Shown here one piece after another: positions 38,873 to 49,702 of a DNA stretch of 64,000 nt. The position numbers were made by a program, and so were the translations under genes. The notes under the pieces were generated by a model. That model saw only the letters and a list, made by a program, of their open reading frames with translations, made no database searches and was not told the origin of the DNA. Source of the stretch: Victivallales bacterium (GTDB lineage: Bacteria > Verrucomicrobiota > Lentisphaeria > Victivallales > GWF2-38-69); the NCBI GenBank assembly GCA_021733985.1, contig JAIPJT010000009.1:4323-68322 (forward strand), in the 5' to 3' direction. Positions within the stretch are counted from its first letter, which is position 1. Each line of letters starts with the position of its first letter.

Positions 38873-39574
38873 TTAATCTTCCGGATAATAAACCAGGTGT
38901 CCGCAAAAATCGCAGGTTGCTACCATCCCTTTTTTAGAATCATTTAAAGTTTGGGGTGTTAATTTCAGGTGGCAGTTTCCGCATGTTCCATTTCTTATTG
39001 CAGTTAAAGGCTCTCCGGGTTTTTTGATTAATCTTGAATACAAAGAGAATATTGAGGAATCAATTTTGGCAACTTTTGCAATTCTGCTTTTCATAACTTC
39101 CTTAATCTCTTCTTCAAGGCTTTCAGCAAGTTCGTCAAGCTCTTCTTTACTTTCTTCCACTTCTTTAGCTTTGTTTTTATAAACCTTTTCTAAATTCTCC
39201 AGGCTTTGTTTGTTGGCCTGAAGCTGATCCATAAGTCTAATCTGTTCGGTTTCGAGTTCTTCTATATGGTATTTACAGGTTTCTATTTCAGTCATTAAAG
39301 CTCTGTATTCATCGTTCTTTTTAACTAATGCTGATTTATCTTTATAGCTTTTTATTTTATCTTTAAAACCATCTATTTTCGAATCAGTTTTTTTAATCTC
39401 AAGCTCTGTCTTTTTTACATTTTCTCTGGCAACTTCTTTTTTGCTTTTTTCAGCTTCAAGTTCATTTTCTATTTGTTTTTTTTCTTTAGGAATTTCCTGT
39501 AATCTAAACTTCATTTTTTTGAGTCGCATATCTGAAGTTTGCAATTCCAGTAGATCTTTAACCCATTTTTTCAT
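38873..39574 (-). CDS. Coiled-coil protein with C4-type zinc ribbon (CT398/CdsZ-like)
   Basis: Long coiled coil followed by CGNCH...CDFCG. Confidence 0.9.
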   Translation of the reverse strand: MKKWVKDLLELQTSDMRLKKMKFRLQEIPKEKKQIENELEAEKSKKEVARENVKKTELEIKKTDSKIDGFKDKIKSYKDKSALVKKNDEYRALMTEIETCKYHIEELETEQIRLMDQLQANKQSLENLEKVYKNKAKEVEESKEELDELAESLEEEIKEVMKSRIAKVAKIDSSIFSLYSRLIKKPGEPLTAIRNGTCGNCHLKLTPQTLNDSKKGMVATCDFCGHLVYYPED

Positions 39575-39627
39575 TATTTCACCTTTTTCTTAATACATAA
39601 TATAATAATATTGTTTTTTGTCAGTAA

Positions 39628-40668
39628 TTACAATAGTTTAGGTTGACAATTTTTTTTATCGTTTGAATCAGATATAATATTCGCGTTAAGTAACTTAAGC
39701 GTTTTTTCTGTTGCTATCCTGCCCTGCCGTGTTCTCATGATATAACCCTCCTGAATAAGGAATGGCTCGTATACCTCTTCAATTGTCCCGACCTCTTCAC
39801 CGGCGGCAACAGCTATATTTCTTATTCCTACCGGCCCGGCTTTAAAACGGAATACAAGAGAGTCAAGGATTCTTTTATCCATTTCGTCAAGGCCGTTTTC
39901 ATCTATATCCAGCATATCCAGTGATTTAGCTGCAGTTTCTGAAGTAATACAGTTATTAGCTTTCACTTGAGCATAATCTCTTGCCCATTTTAAAAGGTTA
40001 TTAGCTATTCTGGGCGTTCCTCTACTTCTTTTAGCTATTTCAAGAGCACCGGAATCTTCAATTTCTATATCTAAAATTCGAGCGGATCTTTTAATAATTT
40101 TTTTTAGTTCTTCCGGAGGGTAGTAGTCAAGAAGACAGTTCAGGGTAAATCTGGACCTTAAAGGAGCAGATAACAGGCCTTTTCTTGTAGTAGCTCCAAT
40201 GAGGGTAAATTGTTTAAGGTTCAGCCTGATGGAACGGGCCCCGGCCCCCTGGTCAATCATAATGTCAATAAAAAAGTCTTCCATTGCACTGTAAAGATAT
40301 TCTTCCACTGCTGTCTGAAGCCTGTGTATCTCGTCAATAAATAAAATATCTCCTTCCTGAAGTGAAGTCAGTAGGCCTGCCAGATCTCCAGGTTTTTCTA
40401 TGACCGGTCCGCTTGATGATTTTATTCGGGCCCCTTTTGTATTTGCTATTATGTAGGCAAGAGTTGTTTTTCCTAAACCCGGCGGACCGGACAGCAGCAG
40501 ATGGCCGAGAGGTTCTCCTCTTCCTTTTGCAGCCGTAACAAACAGTTCCAGCCTGTCCTTAACTTTCTGTTGGCCCGGGAATTCGTTAAATATTTGAGGT
40601 CTAAGGGATTTTTCGAATTCTTCATCTTTTTTATTTAAGCTTGATTTAATAAATTTTTCCTCGGGCAT
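39628..40668 (-). CDS. ruvB: Holliday junction branch-migration helicase RuvB
   Basis: [39 protein letters not shown]. Confidence 0.98.
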   Translation of the reverse strand: MPEEKFIKSSLNKKDEEFEKSLRPQIFNEFPGQQKVKDRLELFVTAAKGRGEPLGHLLLSGPPGLGKTTLAYIIANTKGARIKSSSGPVIEKPGDLAGLLTSLQEGDILFIDEIHRLQTAVEEYLYSAMEDFFIDIMIDQGAGARSIRLNLKQFTLIGATTRKGLLSAPLRSRFTLNCLLDYYPPEELKKIIKRSARILDIEIEDSGALEIAKRSRGTPRIANNLLKWARDYAQVKANNCITSETAAKSLDMLDIDENGLDEMDKRILDSLVFRFKAGPVGIRNIAVAAGEEVGTIEEVYEPFLIQEGYIMRTRQGRIATEKTLKLLNANIISDSNDKKNCQPKLL

Positions 40669-40756
40669 CGTTTTCCTTGGATTGTTTAATGTTGTTTTTA
40701 AACTTGAAGTTGAAAAAAGAGCAATCCCTTTTTTTACAACAATTATTTAATATAAT

Positions 40757-41081
40757 TTAATCACTAAAATTTTCGAGATAATGAATTTTTTTTTTAAATT
40801 TTATTGCTGATTCAGTTTCGTATTTGCAATTTACACTGTTTCGGTTAATTCCCATTGGAATTGTACACAGAGGATGGTTAATGCTTTTAGAAATATCTTT
40901 TCTATTAAAAAAAATATCTTGTAATAATGTCCCTATGTGATACCTTTCATTATTTGTTAGTTGGCTGTATTTTTTGCTCATATGCAATCCTCTCTTATTA
41001 GATTTAACTGAAGAAAGGTTATACTCCAACTAATTTTAGTTATCAAATAATTTTCGATTGCACTTTAAAATTGAATGCTGC
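40757..41081 (-). mobile_element. Degenerate IS30-family remnant (left end plus N-terminal HTH of the transposase)
   Basis: MSKKYSQLTNNERYHI...ISKSINH..CTI...INRNS resembles the IS30 transposase N-terminus and is truncated at about 74 aa. The minus strand GCAGCATTCAATTTTAAAGTGCAA (about 41058-41081) resembles IS30-type terminal IRs. Confidence 0.7.
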
Positions 41082-41093
41082 TTTATAATGCTT

Positions 41094-42491
41094 ATGGAAA
41101 TGGAAAATAATACAAATAATAATGCTGGTAAAATACCTACTGCAGCAATTGTCGGTAGGCCGAATGTAGGAAAATCTGCACTTTTTAATGCTGTTACAGG
41201 CAGACGAATATCGATTGTACATCAGGAAAGCGGAGTAACAAGGGACAATGTTGTTGCACCTTTTAAGTGGAGTGGGCATTTTTTTCAGCTAATTGATACA
41301 GGCGGTTTAGGGTTGGGAAATATCAAACCCGGAAAAAACACTTCATACTTTGATACAAAAATATGTCAACAGGTAGAGGTAGCTGTCAACTCTGCGGATC
41401 TGCTGCTTTTTGTTGTTGACATTACTTCAGGTGTGACTGCCCTTGATGAAGAGGTTGCTGAAACATTACGGAAATGCGGGAAAAAAACTGTCCTTGTAGT
41501 GAATAAAACAGATAATCAAAAATTGGAAAATCATATTTATGATTTTATGTCTCTCGGTTTCCATGAAATATTTCCTGTTTCCTGCCTTCATAGAAGAGGT
41601 ATAGATAAATTAATAAACAGATTTACCGGTTTCCTTTGGAAATCCGATTATGAACAAGAAACGGGCAGGCTTGCGATCTCTATTGTTGGTAGGCCGAATG
41701 TAGGAAAATCTTCTTTTATCAACAAGCTTGTTAAAGCTGAGCGGGTAATTGTAAGTGATTCTGCAGGCACAACAAGAGATGCTGTAGAAATGCCTTTCAG
41801 TGTTACTTTAGATAACAATAATTCAATTAAAGCCTCTATTATTGATACAGCAGGCCTGAGAAAAAAGCGTAGAGCAGATTCTGCAGTTGAAATATACAGT
41901 ATCATTCGTGCTGAAGAAGCAGTCAAGAGATCAGATATTGTCCTTTTTATAATAGAATCGAATGAAAATGGTGCTACAGCGCAGGATTCACGAATAGGGC
42001 GCTTAATATCAGATTACGGGAAGGGTTGCATTATTGTTGCAAATAAGTGGGATCAATGCTCCGGCCTGAAACAAAAAAAAGTAAGGGAAACTATACGGAA
42101 AAAACTTCCATTCCTTGACTATTCCCCAATTATTTTTACCTGTGCTTTGAGCGGCTATAACCTTGAAGTTATAAAAAAGGAGATCGCTCTTGTTAATGAA
42201 CAGTATTATGTTCAGATTCCCACTTCGACTGTAAATAAAGTTTTAACTGATGCAATGGCTTCCAATGCCCCTCCGGCAGTTAAGGGTGCTTTTTTTAAAA
42301 TTTATTACGCAACAATGGTCCATAACCGACCGCCTCTTTTTAAGATTTTTGTTAATAATCCAAAATTATGTCCTGCGAATTATGAAGCATATCTGAGAAA
42401 TTATTTACGTAAATCTTTCAATTTTTATGGATTGCCGATAAGAATCAAATTGGTTCCCAGGCAAAAAAAAGAATTTACTAATAAAAAATGA
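41094..42491 (+). CDS. der: Ribosome biogenesis GTPase Der/EngA
   Basis: Two GRPNVGKS P-loops, GVTRD/GTTRD, DTGG/DTAG, NKxD, C-terminal KH-like domain. Confidence 0.97.
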   Translation: MEMENNTNNNAGKIPTAAIVGRPNVGKSALFNAVTGRRISIVHQESGVTRDNVVAPFKWSGHFFQLIDTGGLGLGNIKPGKNTSYFDTKICQQVEVAVNSADLLLFVVDITSGVTALDEEVAETLRKCGKKTVLVVNKTDNQKLENHIYDFMSLGFHEIFPVSCLHRRGIDKLINRFTGFLWKSDYEQETGRLAISIVGRPNVGKSSFINKLVKAERVIVSDSAGTTRDAVEMPFSVTLDNNNSIKASIIDTAGLRKKRRADSAVEIYSIIRAEEAVKRSDIVLFIIESNENGATAQDSRIGRLISDYGKGCIIVANKWDQCSGLKQKKVRETIRKKLPFLDYSPIIFTCALSGYNLEVIKKEIALVNEQYYVQIPTSTVNKVLTDAMASNAPPAVKGAFFKIYYATMVHNRPPLFKIFVNNPKLCPANYEAYLRNYLRKSFNFYGLPIRIKLVPRQKKEFTNKK

Positions 42492-43573
42492 ACAGAAAAA
42501 AAATTATTTTCGCATCAGTTCCGGCTCTAATAATTGCTGTCGCGTTAATTATCATGTTTTCAAAAAACAAGCAGCAATCGGTGGATAATAATTCACCGGC
42601 ATACAGATGTTATCCGGTAATGGGTACCTGGGCCGAGTTAACACTGTACGGTAGTAAAAATGTAACGGAATTAGCTTTCAGAAAAATTCGTAAGGTATTT
42701 AATGATGTAAACAAGGTATGTAACCGATTTAATAAACAAAGTGAACTGTCCAGATTAAACAGTTCTGCTGCAGAAAGACCGTTCAAGTGCAGTAATTTAC
42801 TTTGGAAGATCCTCATCGATTCAAAATTTTTTTATGAATTATCTGATGGTACATTTGATGTCACAGTAACTCCTTTAATGGAATTATGGGGATTTTACAG
42901 GAAACAGAATAAAATTCCTTCTGAATTTTTAATAAAAAAAACTTTAAAGCAAGTCGGATTAGATAAAGTAAAATATAACAAAAAAAATCATACAGTATTT
43001 TACACAGAAAAGGGGATACAAATTGACCTTGGCGGTATTGCTAAAGGCTATGCTGTTGATCTTGCGTTTGAATCAGTAAAGAAACTGAATCTCAAAGGGG
43101 GAATTATCAATCTCGGTGGTAATATCAGAACCTTCCCCTCTTCTCCACCGGGAAGAAAAAACTACTCTATTGGTATTAGAGACCCCTTTGATAAAAACAA
43201 AATTATGGGAGGGACAGTTAAGATCCTGAACAGTTCAATTGCAACAAGCGGAGACTATGAACGGTTTGTAATAATAAAGGGAGAAAGATTTACACATATA
43301 ATTAATCCTCTAACAGGCTATCCTGTAAAAGGTATGGCTGCTGTTACGGTAATCTGTAAAAGTGCCTTATGGGCTGATGCTATTTCAACATCTGTTTTTC
43401 TAAATGGAAAACACTTTGCAAAAAAGATACACGAAAATTATCCAGGCGTCGATATGCTTATTATTCAGGGATACAAAAACCTCCCTCAAACAATCAGTAT
43501 CAATACCTACGGAAGAATATGGAAACAGATAAATAATATCCTTCCCGAATACAAAGATAAGGAAAAAAAATAA
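42488..43573 (+). CDS. apbE: FAD:protein FMN transferase ApbE
   Basis: MGT, FDVTV, DLGGIAKGYAVD, NLGGN, ATSGDYER, HIINP, ADAIST. Confidence 0.95.
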   Translation: MNRKKIIFASVPALIIAVALIIMFSKNKQQSVDNNSPAYRCYPVMGTWAELTLYGSKNVTELAFRKIRKVFNDVNKVCNRFNKQSELSRLNSSAAERPFKCSNLLWKILIDSKFFYELSDGTFDVTVTPLMELWGFYRKQNKIPSEFLIKKTLKQVGLDKVKYNKKNHTVFYTEKGIQIDLGGIAKGYAVDLAFESVKKLNLKGGIINLGGNIRTFPSSPPGRKNYSIGIRDPFDKNKIMGGTVKILNSSIATSGDYERFVIIKGERFTHIINPLTGYPVKGMAAVTVICKSALWADAISTSVFLNGKHFAKKIHENYPGVDMLIIQGYKNLPQTISINTYGRIWKQINNILPEYKDKEKK

Positions 43574-43944
43574 TATCAATCATTAATCCCGCAGCGTTTT
43601 GAAGTTTACAAATTAATATAAATATTGTTTTCAAATACATACCGGCCATTTAACGGCAGTAAACATGCAGTTGAAAATCTTTAAAAATAAATTAGTTAAA
43701 ATCTTTGTAAAGTTCAAATGCATATTTGGGTCAAATTCCTGATTGTACGCTAACGACTGACAAAAAAATCAAATTTGTCTTCAGCCTATGCAGTGCCCGA
43801 AACTTCGTTGTGTTGCGGAAGTGAATCTTATAGGAATGCAGCTACTCTATCATTCATATCTACGGGTGATAAAATATAAATCTGCAGATTAAGGGTTAAA
43901 ATCGGCTGCTTGGCGAGGAGGTATTATTTTTAACTTTGTTTAGT

Positions 43945-45003
43945 TTATTTTTTTTTAGAGGACCTTGCCAGTGTTTTGGCCATTGTGTCTATTTCCTGAA
44001 GTACAATTCCGGTACCTGTAGCCACAGCCTGAAGAGGATTATCTGCAACAAATACTGGTAATCCTGTTTCTTCAGTAGTAAGTTTATCTATATCTTTAAG
44101 CATAGCCCCTCCTCCTGCAAGCATAACGCCTCTGTCTATTAGGTCTGCTGCAAGTTCCGGGGGACAGTGTTCCAGTGTGGAACGGATCGCTTCAATTATA
44201 CTTGTTACTGGTTCCTGAAGCGCATTTCGTATTTCTTCACCTGCTATTTCTATTGTTTTAGGCAGACCTGAAATTAGATCCCGTCCTTTAACTTCCATAG
44301 TTTCAGCATCTTTTGTTTCCGTTGCACAACCAATCTTCATTTTTATCTGTTCAGCAGTCCTTTCTCCTATCAGCAGATTATGTGCCCTTTTCATATGCTG
44401 AACTATACCCGCATCCATTTCATCTCCGGCAACTCTGATACTTCTTGATTCCACAATACCTGCAAGTGATACAACCGCCACTTCTGTAGTGCCCCCGCCA
44501 ATATCCACGATCATACTGCCGGAGGGTTCCATTACAGGAAGACCTACTCCGATCGCTGCAGCCATTGGTTCTTCTATTAAATAAATTTCTCCCGCGCCGG
44601 CTCTCTGAGCACTGTCCTTTACTGCCCTTGTTTCCACTTCTGTAATACCTGAAGGCACTGCCACCAATACTCTTGGATGTAAAAATCTTCTTCTTTTATG
44701 AACTTTTCTAATAGCTTTCTGTATAAAATATCTGAGCATTTCTTCTGTTATATCAAAATCGGCAATAACTCCATCTTTCATAGGCCGGATAGCTCTTATA
44801 TTACCGGGTGTTCTGCCAAGCATCCGTTTAGCTTCTTCACCTACTGCAACTACTTCCTGTTTATCATTTCCTTCTGCTACTGCAACTACTGACGGCTCAG
44901 AAAGCAATATTCCGTGGTCTCTGACAAAAACAAGGCAGTTTGCTGTACCCAGGTCAATACCTATATCTGTAGCAAAAACTTTGGCTAATTTTTGATATAA
45001 CAT
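43945..45003 (-). CDS. mreB: Rod-shape-determining protein MreB
   Basis: IDLGTAN, RPMKDGVIADF, EEPMAAAIG, DIGGGTTE, AGGGAML. Confidence 0.98.
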   Translation of the reverse strand: MLYQKLAKVFATDIGIDLGTANCLVFVRDHGILLSEPSVVAVAEGNDKQEVVAVGEEAKRMLGRTPGNIRAIRPMKDGVIADFDITEEMLRYFIQKAIRKVHKRRRFLHPRVLVAVPSGITEVETRAVKDSAQRAGAGEIYLIEEPMAAAIGVGLPVMEPSGSMIVDIGGGTTEVAVVSLAGIVESRSIRVAGDEMDAGIVQHMKRAHNLLIGERTAEQIKMKIGCATETKDAETMEVKGRDLISGLPKTIEIAGEEIRNALQEPVTSIIEAIRSTLEHCPPELAADLIDRGVMLAGGGAMLKDIDKLTTEETGLPVFVADNPLQAVATGTGIVLQEIDTMAKTLARSSKKK

Positions 45004-45143
45004 AAAAAATCCTCAAAAAAACTTTTCCAAATATATTCATTTCAACTTTCAGCTATTCTCTTTATGTGAAATTTAATCTCTATAAGTATAAATTTCCACC
45101 TATATTCTGTCTATTTGTGATTTTTTGTACAACTGAGGATAAT

Positions 45144-47144
45144 TTATTTATTTAAATCATTAAAAACATTGTTTATTCTGGAAACAATCTTTTCAGGCGT
45201 GAATCCGTACTCATCTGATAGCTTTTTATATGGTGCAGAGTCCCCAAAATGATTAAGGCCGATAGCAAGCCCTGATTTGCCGATAAACTTTTCCCACCCA
45301 AAAGTAGTTCCGAGTTCTAAAGATACAATATTTTTAAAATTTTCGGGAATTACAGACACCTGATAATCTTTTTCCTGAGCTAAAAAAAGTTCTCTTGAAG
45401 GCATAGATACAACTCTTATTCTTTTTCCTTCTTTTCTTAACAATTCTGCAGCCTTTAAACCCAGGTTGACTTCTGAACCTGTAGCGATTATTAATATATC
45501 AAAATTTTTGTCATCAGAAAGTATATACGCTCCTTTTGCTACATCAATTTTATCCTTCAGCTCAGGAGGAACTGGATCAAGCTTCTGTCTGGTTAACAAC
45601 ATTGCAACGGGACCTTCTATTCTTAGAGCAGAATTCCACGCATGAGCTGCTTCATTTGCATCGGCAGGCCTGATTACGGTCATACCGGGAATAGAGCGAA
45701 GCATTGCGATTTGCTCTATGGGCTGATGGGTCGGACCATCTTCACCGACAAAAATAGAATCATGAGTAAAGCAGTAAACAAGATTAAGCTTTTGAATTGC
45801 AGCAAGTCTCAATGCGGGTTTCATGTAATCCGAAAAAACAGTAAAAGTTGCTGCGTAAGGGATTACACCCCCATATAGGGACATACCGTTTATGAGGAAT
45901 CCCATGCCGAGCTCTCTTACACCAAAATGGAAGTTTTTACCTGATAAGTTCTCAGGTGTAAAATCTGATTGAGTTTTGACCAAAGTCTTTGTAGAAGGTG
46001 CAAGGTCTGCAGCCCCTCCCATTAAAGCCGGGACCAGTTCTGAAGCTTTTTGTAGTATTGCCCCGGCCGAAGCTCTTGAAGCGGCGGGTTCATCCGTCGG
46101 AGCGGTTTTTAGTAATTCTTCCAGTAAATTTCCAGGGATACTTTTATGAAGCCTTTTGGATATATTTTCAGCTTTTTCAGGCTTAGTCTCCAGAAATTTG
46201 TTAAACTCATTATCCCACACAGCAGCTTCTGCTTTAAGCTCTTTAACCCTTTTGCTGCATAATTCTTTAACTTCTTCATTAATATAAAAGGGTGTTTCGG
46301 GAAACCCGAGTCTTTTTTTAGTTGCTGCGAGTTCTTCTTCACCAAGAGGTTCACCATGCGCTGAATTCTTATTTACTTTATTCGGAGAACCGAAGCCAAT
46401 CTGAGTTTTGCAAATAACAAAAGTAGGTCTGCCGTCAGACTGCAAAGCTTTTTCGAGTCCCTTTTCCACTTGACTGATACTGTTAGCATTTTCGATAGTA
46501 ATTACTCTCCAACCGTAAGCTTCATAACGCATTCCGACATTTTCAGTAAATGCAAGTGAGGTATCACCTTCTATAGTAATATTGTTACTGTCATACAGGC
46601 AAATCAGATTATCAAGTTTCAAATGACCGGCCAATGACGCTGCTTCATGGGTAGTGCCCTCCATCATGCAGCCGTCACTGCAGAGTGTATAAACTTTCTG
46701 TTTATTAAATAATTCAGAATTATTGAGCCCTATTTCAGCAGCAAACTGCTTTGATGCTATACTCATACCGACACCTGTAGCAAAACCGCTTCCAAGAGGT
46801 CCGGTCGTAACTTCAACTCCGGTCGTATGTTTGTATTCGGGATGACCGGGAGTTAAGCTTTGCCATTGACGGAACTGTTTAATATCCTCGAGTTTCATGC
46901 CGTATTCGAACAGGTAAAGGAGTGAGTAAAGTAACATTGAACCGTGACCGGCAGATAGAACAAATCTGTCTCTGCCCAGCCATTCCGGATTAGCCGGATT
47001 ATGACGCATATATTTATACCAAAGAGTAAAAGCAAAATCTGCACAACCCATCGGCATACCGGGATGTCCTGATTTTGCTTTTTGTACTGCCTCTGCTGAA
47101 AGAATTCTGATATTATCTGAAGCAATTTTTAATATACTGTCCAC
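45144..47144 (-). CDS. tkt: Transketolase
   Basis: SGHPGMPMG, RDRFVLSAGH, TTGPLG, DGCMMEG, THDSIFVGEDGPTHQP. Confidence 0.98.
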   Translation of the reverse strand: MDSILKIASDNIRILSAEAVQKAKSGHPGMPMGCADFAFTLWYKYMRHNPANPEWLGRDRFVLSAGHGSMLLYSLLYLFEYGMKLEDIKQFRQWQSLTPGHPEYKHTTGVEVTTGPLGSGFATGVGMSIASKQFAAEIGLNNSELFNKQKVYTLCSDGCMMEGTTHEAASLAGHLKLDNLICLYDSNNITIEGDTSLAFTENVGMRYEAYGWRVITIENANSISQVEKGLEKALQSDGRPTFVICKTQIGFGSPNKVNKNSAHGEPLGEEELAATKKRLGFPETPFYINEEVKELCSKRVKELKAEAAVWDNEFNKFLETKPEKAENISKRLHKSIPGNLLEELLKTAPTDEPAASRASAGAILQKASELVPALMGGAADLAPSTKTLVKTQSDFTPENLSGKNFHFGVRELGMGFLINGMSLYGGVIPYAATFTVFSDYMKPALRLAAIQKLNLVYCFTHDSIFVGEDGPTHQPIEQIAMLRSIPGMTVIRPADANEAAHAWNSALRIEGPVAMLLTRQKLDPVPPELKDKIDVAKGAYILSDDKNFDILIIATGSEVNLGLKAAELLRKEGKRIRVVSMPSRELFLAQEKDYQVSVIPENFKNIVSLELGTTFGWEKFIGKSGLAIGLNHFGDSAPYKKLSDEYGFTPEKIVSRINNVFNDLNK

Positions 47145-47476
47145 TGTTATTTCCTTTCTCCTTATTATAATAATTTTTTCAGAAGATAATGACTATTTTT
47201 ACCACGGCTTTTTTTTATTTCAATGGAATCAAAAAAATTGATATCGAAATAATGGGAATTTTACTAAATTAGGCGTTTTACAAAGTTTAAATGTTTTATT
47301 TGGATTGGAATTCCGTTTTATGTGCTTTTAGAGGCGGGACCTTAAAATGATTCCGTTTTATGCATTTGCAAAAACGGAAATCGAATTTAGCTGTTTCTTT
47401 TATTGTATAAGTTTTAGCACAGCAAAACTGTGTAATCCTAACAAATTGATTTTTCTGAAAACCTATGCTGCGTATA

Positions 47477-48109
47477 TTATCTTACAGAATAGTTGAAAAA
47501 AGGAAAAACAGTAAAGAAGCCATTCTCATTGTAATTCAGCAGACCTATCTGGAAACATGAAGAACTCATTTTATAATTAGTATTGATTAAACCTATTTGA
47601 TTTCCTTTAAACTGGGATGAAACATTAATAATACCAACTTGTGTGCCTTCCACCCTGCTGTCTGAATTATTGATACCGCCAATCTGGAATATATTTGAAT
47701 TAAATTCGGCTATATTTACACCGCCAAGCTGAGCTCCTTCAGAATGCTTGCTTGCTTCATTGTATGCTGCTATCTGTAGACCGCCGAAATTTTGCGAAAC
47801 ATTTGCTCCGCAGAGTTGTAACCCATTACTGTTTCTGGAATTTAAATTGACTCCGGCCATTAAAACCCCGTTTATTCCCGATGATTCTGACAGAAAACTC
47901 AATTCCAGACCGTTAACTTTCTGGTTAGTTCTCCAGTAATCACTGGAAAAGGGTATTCCAAACTTAACTCCGTTTACTACCTTTGAATTTGGAATATTTT
48001 TAACACCATCCCATACAGACAATTGTACTGGTGTCCAGGCAAAAACGCTCACTGAAAGAGTCATCATGACAGCCATCAATACCAAACGAATTTTTTTACT
48101 TACACTCAT
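47477..48109 (-). CDS. Exported repeat protein (LA_2272-like G-x-Q-x-G-x-x-N repeats)
   Basis: Signal peptide, TPVQLS, about 8 imperfect GLQ/GxQIGxxN repeats, C-terminal FPFFNY. Confidence 0.75.
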   Translation of the reverse strand: MSVSKKIRLVLMAVMMTLSVSVFAWTPVQLSVWDGVKNIPNSKVVNGVKFGIPFSSDYWRTNQKVNGLELSFLSESSGINGVLMAGVNLNSRNSNGLQLCGANVSQNFGGLQIAAYNEASKHSEGAQLGGVNIAEFNSNIFQIGGINNSDSRVEGTQVGIINVSSQFKGNQIGLINTNYKMSSSCFQIGLLNYNENGFFTVFPFFNYSVR

Positions 48110-48365
48110 TTATATCCTCCAGGAAAATAATAGTTTAATTTAAAGTATTATTAATGCTTATACGAATTTTATCTGAAGCCAAACATAGTTTCAATAGCCA
48201 ATTAAACAAATTTAAATAAATTTTTAGTTTTCATTCAGCCTCAAAAAAAGTTATTTTTTTGAGGAAAAAAGTTATTATGATTTGTTTTATATAATTACAA
48301 ATGCTTTATATTAATTCATAATAATTTAAATAAACAATTAATACAGGTAATACAGGAGTTAAAAT

Positions 48366-49523
48366 ATGGGCACTGAACTTTCATATGTTATAATTACACC
48401 TTATACGATTCAAAAATCCAGGACAGGTGGAGTTTTGGCCAGGCTTTTATCACGGACTGACCTTGATTTTGTTGGAGCTAAAATGTTGGCACCGACAAAA
48501 GATTTCATTTCTGAATATACTGAAGTACTGGAGAAAGATGCTTTGGATGATGAAAAAGATTCAGTGAAAAATATTGCTGATTATATAAAAGAAAGTTTTG
48601 TCCCTCATGAAAACAAGTACCACAGAGTGATGTTTCTGCTATTTAAAGGGGAAAATGCCTGTGAAAAAATATATAAAATAGCCGGTAAAATTAAACCCGG
48701 CATCAGGACCGGTGAAACTATAAGGGATACTTATTCTGACTGCATCTTAACGCCTGACGGTTCGGTTAGATATTTTGAACCGGCCATAATTGTTCCTTCA
48801 TCTAAAGACAATGTTCAAAAAGAGTTAAAGTGTATTTTAAAATATATCGAGAGACAGCCGAATATCATTAATAAAGATTTGCTTACAGGAGATAATAACA
48901 GGAAAGAACGAACTCTTGTTATTATTAAACCGGATAACTGGCATCATCCAAGTTCCAGACCGGGGAGCATCGTTGATATGCTCAGCAAGACCGGTTTGCG
49001 AATAGTTGGATGCAAACTTTACAGGATGTCAATCGAAGAAGCACTGGAATTTTATGGTCCCGTACAGGAAGTATTGAGAAAGAAACTTGCCCCGGAAATT
49101 GGTGAGCAGGCAAAAAAAATACTTGAGCGAGAGTTTGAATTTAAGATAAGCGATAAAACTTGCGAAAGCCTAACTGAAACTGTAGGGGAAGAATTTGCTG
49201 ATGACCAGTTTTCTATGATAGTTGAATTTATGTCCGGTATAAGGCCGGAAGAATGTCCCCGGGAAGAGTACTCAGCTCCCGGCAGGGCAAAATGCCTTGT
49301 CCTTATTTATCAGGGGAAAGATGCAGTTCAGAAGATTAGAAGTGTACTGGGGCCTACTGATCCTACTAAAGCTCCCGGTGGAACTATACGGCGTGATTTT
49401 GGTACTGATGTAATGATAAACACAGCGCATGCTTCAGATTCCTATGAAAATGCAAAAAGAGAGATGAAGATCGTTAAAATAGAAAAAAATGATATTTCAG
49501 AGATAATACAAAGCAATATCTAA
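48366..49523 (+). CDS. ndk: Two-domain nucleoside-diphosphate kinase
   Basis: ERTLVIIKPD, LGPTDP..APGGTIRRDFG, NTAHASDS in the C-terminal half; a degenerate NDK-like N-terminal half. Confidence 0.88.
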   Translation: MGTELSYVIITPYTIQKSRTGGVLARLLSRTDLDFVGAKMLAPTKDFISEYTEVLEKDALDDEKDSVKNIADYIKESFVPHENKYHRVMFLLFKGENACEKIYKIAGKIKPGIRTGETIRDTYSDCILTPDGSVRYFEPAIIVPSSKDNVQKELKCILKYIERQPNIINKDLLTGDNNRKERTLVIIKPDNWHHPSSRPGSIVDMLSKTGLRIVGCKLYRMSIEEALEFYGPVQEVLRKKLAPEIGEQAKKILEREFEFKISDKTCESLTETVGEEFADDQFSMIVEFMSGIRPEECPREEYSAPGRAKCLVLIYQGKDAVQKIRSVLGPTDPTKAPGGTIRRDFGTDVMINTAHASDSYENAKREMKIVKIEKNDISEIIQSNI

Positions 49524-49702
49524 GTAGAAACCCTGAAGGGGGATATGACCCGGTTATTAAAAAGGCAGGTAGAACCGGACAAAGATTTGTTTTTCGAATC
49601 TCCTCCATTCGCCAGGCCGGGGTATCAAATGACCGAGAGGATAAAAATTACAAGAAAAAACGAACTTTTAAAAAATAAAAAACGTTAGACTGCAGCAAGC
49701 AA

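Noticed and set aside
41058-41093. N-terminal extension of Der from TTG 41058
   Set aside because: It overlaps the IS30-like terminal repeat; ATG 41094 or 41100 fits Der length better.
48239-48264. CCTCAAAAAAA-gtta-TTTTTTTGAGG inverted repeat
   Set aside because: Mostly homopolymer A/T in a very AT-rich spacer; function cannot be supported from sequence alone.
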